Source of the DNA: Thermovirgaceae bacterium
GTDB lineage: Bacteria > Synergistota > Synergistia > Synergistales > Thermovirgaceae
Length of the DNA stretch: 20,012 nucleotides
Direction of reading: 5' to 3'
NCBI GenBank assembly: GCA_046542505.1
Contig: JBKHBH010000031.1
Span: forward strand, 1 to 20,012
A program made the position numbers and the translations under genes. The first letter of the stretch is position 1. The number at the start of each line of letters is the position of its first letter. This document shows positions 8,004-15,211 of this stretch, piece after piece. The notes below the pieces were generated by a model. It worked only from the letters and a program-made list of their open reading frames with translations. It did not search any database and had not been told where the DNA came from.

Positions 8004-8894
8004 ATGCGAAAATTTCTGACTGTGCTTCTTGCGGTATGTTTTGTGGCGGTAGCAGCCTGGGGCGCCCTGGCGGCCGGAAAAATCAATGTGGGGGCGAAAA
8101 ACTTTACCGAACAGTACGTCCTCGGCCACATGATGGTCAAGATCCTGGAGGACGCCGGCTATGACGTGGATTCCACCATGGGGACGGGCAGCACAGTGAC
8201 GAGGAAAGCCCTGGAAACGGGACAGATCGACCTGTACCCGGAATACACCGGGACGGCGTGGATGGTCTACCTGAAACATGATTCCGTGCTTACTGACCCT
8301 GAAGAACTTTACCAGAAGGTCAAGGAAGAAGACCTCGAAAAAAACGGTATTGTCTGGCTCAAACCCTCGGAAGTGAACAACACCTACGCCATGGCCATCA
8401 CCGAGGACGCCACGGAAACCATGGGAACGAACCTCAGTGATCTTGCCGACTATGTCAACGAGAACCCGGAAGAAGTCGTTTTCGGGATCAACCAGGAGTT
8501 CTACGAACGCTCCGACGGGTTTTTCGCCATGGCGGAACATTACGGCATGGATGTCAAAAAGAAACAGGTGCGGGCCATGGACACGGGGCTGACCTTCGAA
8601 GCAATGGAGCGAGGGCAGGTGGATGTGACCATGGTCTTCGCCACCGACGGCAAGATCAGGAAATACAATCTCCATGTCCTTGAAGACGACAAACAGTTCT
8701 TCCCCGTCTACTCACTGTCCGTCTGCATCCGCAAGGACATTCTTGACGAAGATCCCGACCTGGAAGAGGTCCTTGCTCCCATGACCGAACTGACTGACGA
8801 AATCATGCAGAAGCTCAACTATCGCGTCGACGTTGAAGGTTTGCCCGAGGAAAAGGTCGCCGAAGAATACCTCAAGGAACAGGGAATCATCTAG
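8004..8894 (+). CDS. Osmoprotectant ABC substrate-binding protein (OpuBC/OsmF-like), copy 1
   Basis: AAGGAGG RBS and a Sec signal. Motifs KNFTEQ, YPEYTGT, NNTYA, EFYERSDG and DDKQFFPVY. Confidence 0.95.
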   Translation: MRKFLTVLLAVCFVAVAAWGALAAGKINVGAKNFTEQYVLGHMMVKILEDAGYDVDSTMGTGSTVTRKALETGQIDLYPEYTGTAWMVYLKHDSVLTDPEELYQKVKEEDLEKNGIVWLKPSEVNNTYAMAITEDATETMGTNLSDLADYVNENPEEVVFGINQEFYERSDGFFAMAEHYGMDVKKKQVRAMDTGLTFEAMERGQVDVTMVFATDGKIRKYNLHVLEDDKQFFPVYSLSVCIRKDILDEDPDLEEVLAPMTELTDEIMQKLNYRVDVEGLPEEKVAEEYLKEQGII

Positions 8895-8912
8895 CCGATA
8901 CGAACCGAAGCA

Positions 8913-9000
8913 AGCAGCGGTGCGTCCATGACAGAGAGGCACCGCTGCTGTTTCTCAAATCGTCCTGAAAGCCCCGCATATCGGGAACCGGGAGCTTTCT
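8913..9000 (+). terminator. Two hairpins between the tandem binding-protein genes (attenuator or mRNA stabiliser)
   Basis: AGCAGCGGTGC (8913-8923) pairs with GCACCGCTGCT (8939-8949) and is followed by GTTTCT. A second stem, GAAAGC-CCCG...CGGG-A-GCTTTC, lies at about 8967-8999. Confidence 0.5.
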
Positions 9001-9029
9001 AAAAACACACCAAATTCAAGGGAGGTCAT

Positions 9030-9920
9030 ATGATGAAGAAACTGCTGATGGTGCTTCTGGCAATATGCATGGTCTCCGCGGCGGGCAGCGCCATGGCCGC
9101 AGACCAGATCAAGGTGGGAGCCAAAAACTTTACCGAACAGTACATTCTCGGCCACATGATTACCAAGCTCCTGGAAGAAGCCGAGTATGACGTGGAAACC
9201 AAGATGGGTACGGGCAGCACCGTGACGAGGAAGGCCCTTGAAACGGGGCAGACGGACCTGTATCCCGAATACACCGGGACGGCGTGGATGCTGTTTTTGA
9301 AGCACGATTCCGTCATTACCGATCCGGACGAACTCTACAGGAAGGTCAGTACAGAGGATCTCGAGAAAAACGGTATTGCCTGGCTCAAACCTTCCGACGT
9401 GAACAATACCTACGCCATGGCCATCACCCAGGAAGCCACCGAGACGATCGGCACCAGCCTCAGTGATCTCGCCGAGTATGTCAACGCAAATCCCGGCGAA
9501 GCGGTCTTCGGCATCGACCAGGAGTTCTACGAACGCTCCGACGGGTTCTTCGCCATGGCAGAACACTACGGCATGAATGTCGACAAGGACCAGGTCCGGA
9601 CCATGGAAGTGGGCCTGACCTTCGAGGCCATGATGAATGACCAGGTGGACGTGACCATGGTTTTCGCCACCGACGGCAAAATCAAGAAATACAATCTCCA
9701 TGTCCTTGAAGACGACAAGCAGTTCTTCCCCGTCTATTCACTTGCCGTCTGCATCCGGAAAGAGACCCTCGACGCCTTTCCGGAAATCGCCGATGTCCTC
9801 GCCCCGATTTCCAAACTGACCGACGAGGTCATGCAGGAGCTCAACTACCGGGTCGACGTTGAAGGGCTCCCGGAAGAAAAGGTGGCGGAAGAGTATCTGA
9901 AGGAAAAAGGGCTTATATAG
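9030..9920 (+). CDS. Osmoprotectant ABC substrate-binding protein (OpuBC/OsmF-like), copy 2
   Basis: AAGGGAGG RBS. Same length (296 aa) and same motifs as copy 1. Confidence 0.95.
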   Translation: MMKKLLMVLLAICMVSAAGSAMAADQIKVGAKNFTEQYILGHMITKLLEEAEYDVETKMGTGSTVTRKALETGQTDLYPEYTGTAWMLFLKHDSVITDPDELYRKVSTEDLEKNGIAWLKPSDVNNTYAMAITQEATETIGTSLSDLAEYVNANPGEAVFGIDQEFYERSDGFFAMAEHYGMNVDKDQVRTMEVGLTFEAMMNDQVDVTMVFATDGKIKKYNLHVLEDDKQFFPVYSLAVCIRKETLDAFPEIADVLAPISKLTDEVMQELNYRVDVEGLPEEKVAEEYLKEKGLI

Positions 9921-9952
9921 TCTGAAGCAAGCCTTTGAAAACACCTTTTGAC

Positions 9953-9981
9953 AGGGCGCGCTCTCCGGGGCGCGCCTTTTT
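9953..9981 (+). terminator. Intrinsic terminator of the ABC operon
   Basis: GGGCGCGCTC-TCCG-GGGCGCGCCT followed by a T tract. Confidence 0.8.
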
Positions 9982-9987
9982 GCATCC

Positions 9988-9996
9988 TGCTACAAT
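9988..9996 (+). promoter_or_regulatory. Extended -10 promoter for the 10041-13700 operon
   Basis: TGcTACAAT immediately after the terminator and upstream of the GGAGGAGG RBS. Confidence 0.6.
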
Positions 9997-10040
9997 GTAC
10001 CTGCAGATAATCGACATTCTCCCGGAGGAGGTCGAGAAAG

Positions 10041-11048
10041 ATGAGAACTGTCAGGATTCAAAAAACGGGAGGACCGGACTCCCTCATCGCGGAAAGCCTT
10101 CCCGACCCGAAACCGGCACGGGGCGAAGCGCTCGTGAAACTCGAATACTGTGCCGTGAATCACCTGGATATCTGGGTCCGGATGGGGAATGTCCCGATTT
10201 CGCTGCCAAGGATTCCCGGCTCGGAGGGAGTCGGTGTCCTGGAAGCCCTCGGTCCGGAAACGTCCTGGGACGGCGGAACCTCTGTTATCGTCACACCCTG
10301 GATCTATCCCGGCGACCACCGCCATCACCCCATGAACGCCTACGCAGGAGTGCTTGGCGTCGCCAGGGACGGCTGCTACGCGCAAAAAGCCGTCGTCCCC
10401 GTATCATGCCTGCGCCCGCTTCCGAAGGACATGGAAAAGGAAAACGCAGCCGGCCTGACTTTGACTGCCGCGACAGCCTATCACATGGCAATATCCCTGG
10501 CCGGGGTCAAACCTGGAGACCGGGTCTTTATCGCCGGAGCCGCAGGCGGCGTGGGCCTTGCCGCCATCCAGATCTGCCGCGCCACAGGGGCGACAGTTTA
10601 CGCCGCCTCGAGAAGCCCCGAAAAACGGCATCGCCTGAAGGAATGGGGTGCTCATGAAGCCTTCGATACCTCCGGAGCCTACGACAGGGATGTCCGGGAC
10701 GCCACAGGCGGCCTGGGCGTCGATGTCGTACTGGAAACAGTGGGGGAGAAAACCTGGGAAAAGAGCCTCTCCATTCTGAAACCCGGCGGACGCCTGGCTT
10801 TTTGCGGATCCACATCTGGCCCTGAAGTAACAATGAACCTTCAGCGTATCTACAGGAATGAACTGTCCCTGCTTGGTTCCTACGGGGCGACGCAGGTGGA
10901 GACGGACGCCGTGCTGCGCCTCGCCGAAGAGGGGCTCCTCGAAAGCGCCGTTGACTGCACCCTGCCCCTGGAACAAGCCGCCGACGCCCACAAGCTGATG
11001 GAAGAGGCCGGCCACTTCGGCAAGATCCTGCTGTCAATACCGGAATAA
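10041..11048 (+). CDS. Medium-chain dehydrogenase/reductase, NAD(P)H:quinone oxidoreductase-like
   Basis: VNHLD, PRIPGSEGVG, nucleotide-binding GAAGGVG, GVDVVLETVG and C-terminal HFGKILL. No structural-zinc Cys cluster. Confidence 0.88.
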   Translation: MRTVRIQKTGGPDSLIAESLPDPKPARGEALVKLEYCAVNHLDIWVRMGNVPISLPRIPGSEGVGVLEALGPETSWDGGTSVIVTPWIYPGDHRHHPMNAYAGVLGVARDGCYAQKAVVPVSCLRPLPKDMEKENAAGLTLTAATAYHMAISLAGVKPGDRVFIAGAAGGVGLAAIQICRATGATVYAASRSPEKRHRLKEWGAHEAFDTSGAYDRDVRDATGGLGVDVVLETVGEKTWEKSLSILKPGGRLAFCGSTSGPEVTMNLQRIYRNELSLLGSYGATQVETDAVLRLAEEGLLESAVDCTLPLEQAADAHKLMEEAGHFGKILLSIPE

Positions 11049-11064
11049 CAGGTGGAGGTTTTCG

Positions 11065-12168
11065 ATGAAAGAAAAGGGCCGTTACGATGAACGGGACACC
11101 CTGTTTGCGCGAATGGCATGGCGGGAGGGAAGCCCCGCGTGGGAAGATTACTACAGACGCAATCCGGAAAAGAAGGCCACCGATAACGCCCTGCGCAGGA
11201 TGCCGTATCTCGGCGGCCCCGAAACCCCGACATGGAATCCGCTGGCCTCGGCCGTCATCGACGGGGTTTTTCGTCTTCTCGCCGACTGGCACCCCCAGGT
11301 GGACCGTCATCCAGACGGCCCCGGCCTCGACCTCCCTCCAGAAGACCTGCGCCGCTGGGTGACAGGGGCGGCCCTTCACCTTGGAGCCGACCTGGCGGCC
11401 ACGGTTCGCATGAAACCCGAACACTACTACAGCCACAGGGGCAGGAAAGAGGAATTCTACGGCAAACCCGTGGAGGACATGCTGCCCTGGGGCGTGGTTG
11501 TCGCCGTTTCCATGAATCCTGAAATGGTCCACTGCGCTCCCCTGGCCCCACAGACTGCAGAGACCGTCCGCGGGTATCTTCGGGCGGCGGTCCCGTCCCT
11601 CGCCCTGGCCTACGCCATCGAATCCGCCGGGTACAGGGCCCGGGTGCACATGGACGGGAATTATCTCGTCACCGCCACACGGGTGGCCGAAGACGCCGGA
11701 CTGGGCGTCAGGGGACGGCATGGACTCTTGATAACCCGACCGTACGGCCCTTCGGTTCGATTGGGCGTCATCACCACCGACATGCCGTTGACGGCTTCAG
11801 AGTTGGATCCCGCTGCTAAAGCCGTCAGGGCATTTTGCTCCGTCTGCGGGAGGTGTGCCAGTCTCTGCCCAGGAGGAGCCATAGCAGCCGACGGTAAAGA
11901 GGAAGCCTCTTTCATGCCGGAAGCCTGTTACAAAATATGGAGGACACTCGGTACCGACTGCGGCGTCTGCATCAGCGCCTGCCCTTTCACCGAAGGGGCT
12001 GTGGATTGGGATACACTGGAGAGGGCGGAAGACCCTGTCGGTTTTGCCAGACACGCCGTCGCCGGTCTGGGCGACCGGCCCTTCAGGAAAAAACCGCCTG
12101 CCTGGCTTGAGGCCCGCGGTGGAGACATTTCCCTGGAACCTGGGAACAGGCAAAAAAGAACCTCCTGA
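11065..12168 (+). CDS. Reductive dehalogenase-like (RdhA/QueG superfamily) cobalamin and 2x[4Fe-4S] protein
   Basis: RYDERD, HYYSH and AGLGVRGRHGLLITRPYGPSVRLGVITTDMPL, plus the Fe-S motifs FCSVCGRCASLCP and C-x10-CGVCISACP. Confidence 0.8.
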   Translation: MKEKGRYDERDTLFARMAWREGSPAWEDYYRRNPEKKATDNALRRMPYLGGPETPTWNPLASAVIDGVFRLLADWHPQVDRHPDGPGLDLPPEDLRRWVTGAALHLGADLAATVRMKPEHYYSHRGRKEEFYGKPVEDMLPWGVVVAVSMNPEMVHCAPLAPQTAETVRGYLRAAVPSLALAYAIESAGYRARVHMDGNYLVTATRVAEDAGLGVRGRHGLLITRPYGPSVRLGVITTDMPLTASELDPAAKAVRAFCSVCGRCASLCPGGAIAADGKEEASFMPEACYKIWRTLGTDCGVCISACPFTEGAVDWDTLERAEDPVGFARHAVAGLGDRPFRKKPPAWLEARGGDISLEPGNRQKRTS

Positions 12169-12176
12169 CGAAAGGA

Positions 12177-13058
12177 ATGATACCTTTGGCCGAAATCGCA
12201 CCTGAGCTTCGGGAAGCCCTCCTGAAACTTCAAAAAACGGAGATCACGGAATACCGGATTTACATGCGCCTCGCCCGCAAGATGGACGGGGAAAACCGGA
12301 AGGTCCTGGAACGAATCGCCGACGACGAGAAGCGCCACGCCGACACCTGGCGCCGCTACACGAAAACCGAATTGAAACCAAATTCCCTGATGGTCGCTTT
12401 TTACATGTTTTTGGCCTTTCTTTTCGGCATCACCTTCGCCATCAAGATCATGGAACGGGGCGAGGAATCCGCCGAAGAGGCCTATGATTCCATCGGCGAC
12501 GAGATCGCAGAAGCCCGGACGATCATGCACGAGGAAGAGGAACACGAGGAAGCTTTGGTCAATCTCGTCGACGAGGAACGACTCAAGTACATCGGTTCCA
12601 TGGTCCTGGGCCTCAACGACGCCCTGGTGGAACTCACCGGGGCACTGGCGGGTTTCACCTTCGCCATGGCGAACAGCCGCCTCGTGGGCGTGGCGGGACT
12701 CATCACCGGAGTGGCGGCCACTCTCTCCATGGGGGCTTCGGAGTACCTCTCCCAGCGCTCCGACGAAGGGGAGCTCCACCCTCTCAAGGCCGCCGTCTAC
12801 ACTGGTGTGGCCTATCTTGTGACTGTCACCCTTCTTGTAGCACCCTACTTTCTCGTATCCAACGTGTACATGGCGCTTTTGTGGACGCTCTTCGACGCCT
12901 TTTGTGTCATCCTTTTCTTTTCTTTCTTCGTTTCCGTCGTCAAGGATGCGCCCTTCAGGCCGGCCTTCCTGGAAATGGCCTTGATCAGTTTCGGCGTCGC
13001 AGCCGTATCATTCGCCATCGGCCTGATAGCCCGCCGGTTTTTGCCGGTGGATCTTTAG
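12177..13058 (+). CDS. Rubrerythrin/ferritin-like domain fused to a VIT1/CCC1 transporter (MbfA-like iron exporter)
   Basis: Diiron ligand patterns EITEYRIY, DEKRH, ERGE and EEEH. VIT1 motifs GLNDALVE and LSMGASEYLS, with several transmembrane helices. Confidence 0.88.
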   Translation: MIPLAEIAPELREALLKLQKTEITEYRIYMRLARKMDGENRKVLERIADDEKRHADTWRRYTKTELKPNSLMVAFYMFLAFLFGITFAIKIMERGEESAEEAYDSIGDEIAEARTIMHEEEEHEEALVNLVDEERLKYIGSMVLGLNDALVELTGALAGFTFAMANSRLVGVAGLITGVAATLSMGASEYLSQRSDEGELHPLKAAVYTGVAYLVTVTLLVAPYFLVSNVYMALLWTLFDAFCVILFFSFFVSVVKDAPFRPAFLEMALISFGVAAVSFAIGLIARRFLPVDL

Positions 13059-13088
13059 AGACATAACGTTCGAGGAGGTCCATATTTC

Positions 13089-13700
13089 ATGCCCGGATGT
13101 GCCATTTCACCTGAAGTCATCACAGCAGCCCAAAAGTTTCACGGTCACTGGTGCCCCGGCCTGGCGACGGGAATCCGCATCGCCGAAATGGCCCTGCGGG
13201 AAGTCGGTTCGAGCACCGACGAAGAGATCGTTGCCGTCGCCGAATGCGACAATTGCTCCGTCGACGCCGTCCAGTTTCTGACGGGTTGTACCGTGGGGAA
13301 GGGAAACCTGAGGATCGAGAACGTGGGGAAAACGGCCTTCCGCTTCTACAGGCGGAGCGACGGCAAGGCCGTCAGGATCGTCCGGAAACCCCGCCTCAGA
13401 AAACGGGAAGACCCGCAAGAAACCTCCCTCAGGGATAGTTACGCTTCGGGGTCGCTTACACCGGAGGAACACGATGAGTATGCCCGGATGCGCAAAAGGC
13501 AGTGTGATTCGATCATGGCCGCAGAGCTCGATGACCTCCTGGAGTGCAAGGACTGCGGCGTGCCGATGCCGTCCAGGGCCCTCATGACGGACAGCATCGT
13601 CTGCAGCAGGTGCGGCGAGGAGGTCATGGAGACGAAAACTCGCAACTTCAGAGGCTGCGTGCTTTGTGTTCCCTGTTTCGAAAAAGAAGGCGGCCTCTAG
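13089..13700 (+). CDS. FmdE family protein with a C-terminal C4 zinc finger
   Basis: FHGHWCPGLATG, ECDNCSVDAVQFLTGCTVGKGNL and CSRCGE...CVPC. Confidence 0.9.
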   Translation: MPGCAISPEVITAAQKFHGHWCPGLATGIRIAEMALREVGSSTDEEIVAVAECDNCSVDAVQFLTGCTVGKGNLRIENVGKTAFRFYRRSDGKAVRIVRKPRLRKREDPQETSLRDSYASGSLTPEEHDEYARMRKRQCDSIMAAELDDLLECKDCGVPMPSRALMTDSIVCSRCGEEVMETKTRNFRGCVLCVPCFEKEGGL

Positions 13701-13709
13701 ACGGCGACA

Positions 13710-13738
13710 GGGGCGCAGCCTCCAGAGGATTGCGCCCC
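13710..13738. terminator. Hairpin between convergent genes
   Basis: GGGGCGCA (13710-13717) pairs with TGCGCCCC (13731-13738), with an inner CCTC/GAGG stem. No clear U tract. Confidence 0.5.
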
Positions 13739-13790
13739 GAAAGGTCTCGGGCCGTCTGCAGTCAGGAATTTCGTGCCTTTTTCCCTGCCT

Positions 13791-14165
13791 TCAGTCCACG
13801 GCCTCGACTCTCACGTCATCACCTTCGGCGATTTCCTTCAGGGCCGAAAGATCCCCGGCCATGCGGCCGACCACAGTTACAGGGCCTGCGGGACGGATTT
13901 CCCCCGGAGCGCTCATGGGCGTCGCTCCGAAAAACAGGCACAAGGCGTTTCCAGGCGGCCAGTAGCCGATGTCACCCATTTCCACCGTTTCCTGACCGTT
14001 TTCATTTTCCTGCTCCAGTGGAATGGGAAAGTATATCTCCTCTCCCCAGGTCCTTGCCTTCCCCTCGAGGGGAAGCAACTCCCCTATGGAAGCAGCAATT
14101 CCTGAATCTGAAAGACTCCCCTCCACAACGATGTCGCCAGATGTGATACGGATGCGGGATCCCAT
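13791..14165 (-). CDS. Cyclophilin-like fold protein (DUF369/TM1367-like)
   Basis: WGEEIYF and GDIGYWPPGNALCLFFGATP motifs, with an AAAGGGGG RBS. Confidence 0.88.
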   Translation of the reverse strand: MGSRIRITSGDIVVEGSLSDSGIAASIGELLPLEGKARTWGEEIYFPIPLEQENENGQETVEMGDIGYWPPGNALCLFFGATPMSAPGEIRPAGPVTVVGRMAGDLSALKEIAEGDDVRVEAVD

Positions 14166-14220
14166 GTGGCAACCCCCTTTCGTTCAACGTGCCTTTGTGT
14201 TTTACAATCAGTATAGGAAC

Positions 14221-14241
14221 TCTTCTGACAGTGTCAAAAGA
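14221..14241. promoter_or_regulatory. Palindromic candidate operator between divergent genes
   Basis: TCTTCTGACA-G-TGTCAAAAGA has 9 of 10 arm positions paired. It lies downstream of TACAAT (14203-14208) and abuts the AAAGGAGG RBS. Confidence 0.45.
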
Positions 14242-14254
14242 AAGGAGGCACAAA

Positions 14255-14860
14255 ATGAAAAAGCAAGCCGTCACGCGGTATCCCGTTCACGAACTGGTCA
14301 GGAAACGCTGGAGTCCCAGGGCGTTCACAGACGAACTCCCCTCCACGGAAGATCTGGGATCGATGCTTGAAGCCGCCAGGTGGGCGCCAAGCTGTTTCAA
14401 CGGCCAGCCCTGGCGGTTTCTCATCGGCCGGAAGGATCAGAAAGACCTCTATGAAAAAATCCTCTTCTGCCTGAGGGAGAAAAACCAGATGTGGGCGAAG
14501 CAGGCGCCGGTCATGGGAATTCTCGTTATCCGGCAGGATTTCGAGTACAACGGCAAGCCCAACCGCTGGGCCAACTTCGACGGAGGCCTCGCCATGGCAC
14601 AGTTCATCCTGCAGGCCGAAGCCCTTGGCTGGTCCGCTCATGTCATGGCCGGGCTCCACAGGGACAAGGCGAGGGAAGTCTTCGCAATCCCGGACAATTT
14701 CGAACCCCACGTCGCTTTTGTCGTGGGCAAAAAAGGAGATCCCGATACGCTCCCTGAAGATTTTCCCGAGCAGGAACGACAGAAGCGGGAAAGAAAACCT
14801 CTCGAGGACATCGTCTTTTCGGGAGTATGGGAGGAACCTGCCGACTGGCTGTCCTCCTGA
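14255..14860 (+). CDS. Nitroreductase family flavoprotein
   Basis: ATG 14255 after AAAGGAGG. Motifs RWSPRAF, WAPSCFNGQPWRF, LQAEALG, HVMAG and a C-terminal RERKPL. Confidence 0.92.
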   Translation: MKKQAVTRYPVHELVRKRWSPRAFTDELPSTEDLGSMLEAARWAPSCFNGQPWRFLIGRKDQKDLYEKILFCLREKNQMWAKQAPVMGILVIRQDFEYNGKPNRWANFDGGLAMAQFILQAEALGWSAHVMAGLHRDKAREVFAIPDNFEPHVAFVVGKKGDPDTLPEDFPEQERQKRERKPLEDIVFSGVWEEPADWLSS

Positions 14861-14869
14861 AGGATGCAC

Positions 14870-14898
14870 TTGACGCGAAGCCCCAAAAGCCCTATTTT
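14870..14898 (+). promoter_or_regulatory. Sigma70-type promoter of the riboswitch-receptor transcript
   Basis: TTGACG (14870-14875), a 17-bp spacer, then TATTTT (14893-14898). Confidence 0.55.
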
Positions 14899-14958
14899 TA
14901 GATACGTTCCGCCGCTTCGGAAGAATTTCGCGTGCGGCGGAAAAACAGATACATGACG

Positions 14959-15132
14959 GGAGAAGTCCTTCGGGAAGCCGGTGAAAATCCGGCACAGCCC
15001 CGCTACGGTGAGGATGACGACGCATGCACAAGCCACTGGCCTCAAGAGCCGGGAAGGCGCATGCCGAGGGTGACTCCGAGTCCGGATACCGAGCCTTCTC
15101 CAGGCGCCTTTACCTCCGCGAGGGCCAGGAGG
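14959..15132 (+). ncRNA. Cobalamin riboswitch (long, class I/AdoCbl-type aptamer plus P13)
   Basis: GGGAAGCCGGTGAAAATCCGGCACAGCCCCGCTACGGT, GCCACTG...GGGAAGG and B12 box GAGTCCGGATACC. P1 is GGAGAAG (14959-14965) with CTTCTCC (15095-15101), and P13 is CCTCC/GGAGG (15113-15132). It lies upstream of a TonB-dependent receptor. Confidence 0.93.
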
Positions 15133-15148
15133 ATGGCAGCTTGCACGG

Positions 15149-15179
15149 AATGGGCCCGAGAGGGTCCATTTTTTTTTTT
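15149..15179 (+). terminator. Riboswitch-controlled intrinsic terminator
   Basis: AATGGGCCC-GAGA-GGGTCCATT followed by T's to 15179 (11-T run), 32 nt before the start codon. Confidence 0.9.
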
Positions 15180-15211
15180 GGCCCCAAACCACCTTTCAGG
15201 AGGGGCGGAAC

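Noticed and set aside
8004..9920. Long direct repeat suggesting a mobile element or misassembly
   Set aside because: It is explained by paralogous genes with many synonymous and non-synonymous differences. No transposase or terminal repeats are present.
10528..11721. 397-aa minus-strand ORF and other long overlapping ORFs (4571..5362, 11928..12779, 14234..15031, 18233..19045)
   Set aside because: They lie antisense to well-supported genes and have no family motifs.
12166..12168. Selenocysteine readthrough at TGA stops of the redox genes
   Set aside because: The domains are complete before the stops, and the next gene or a terminator follows immediately.
14255..14860. BluB assignment for the nitroreductase because it sits next to the B12 riboswitch
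   Set aside because: It has RWSPRAF/WAPSCFN rather than BluB-type RRDVR/APSVG motifs, and it lies upstream of the riboswitch, so it is not under its control.
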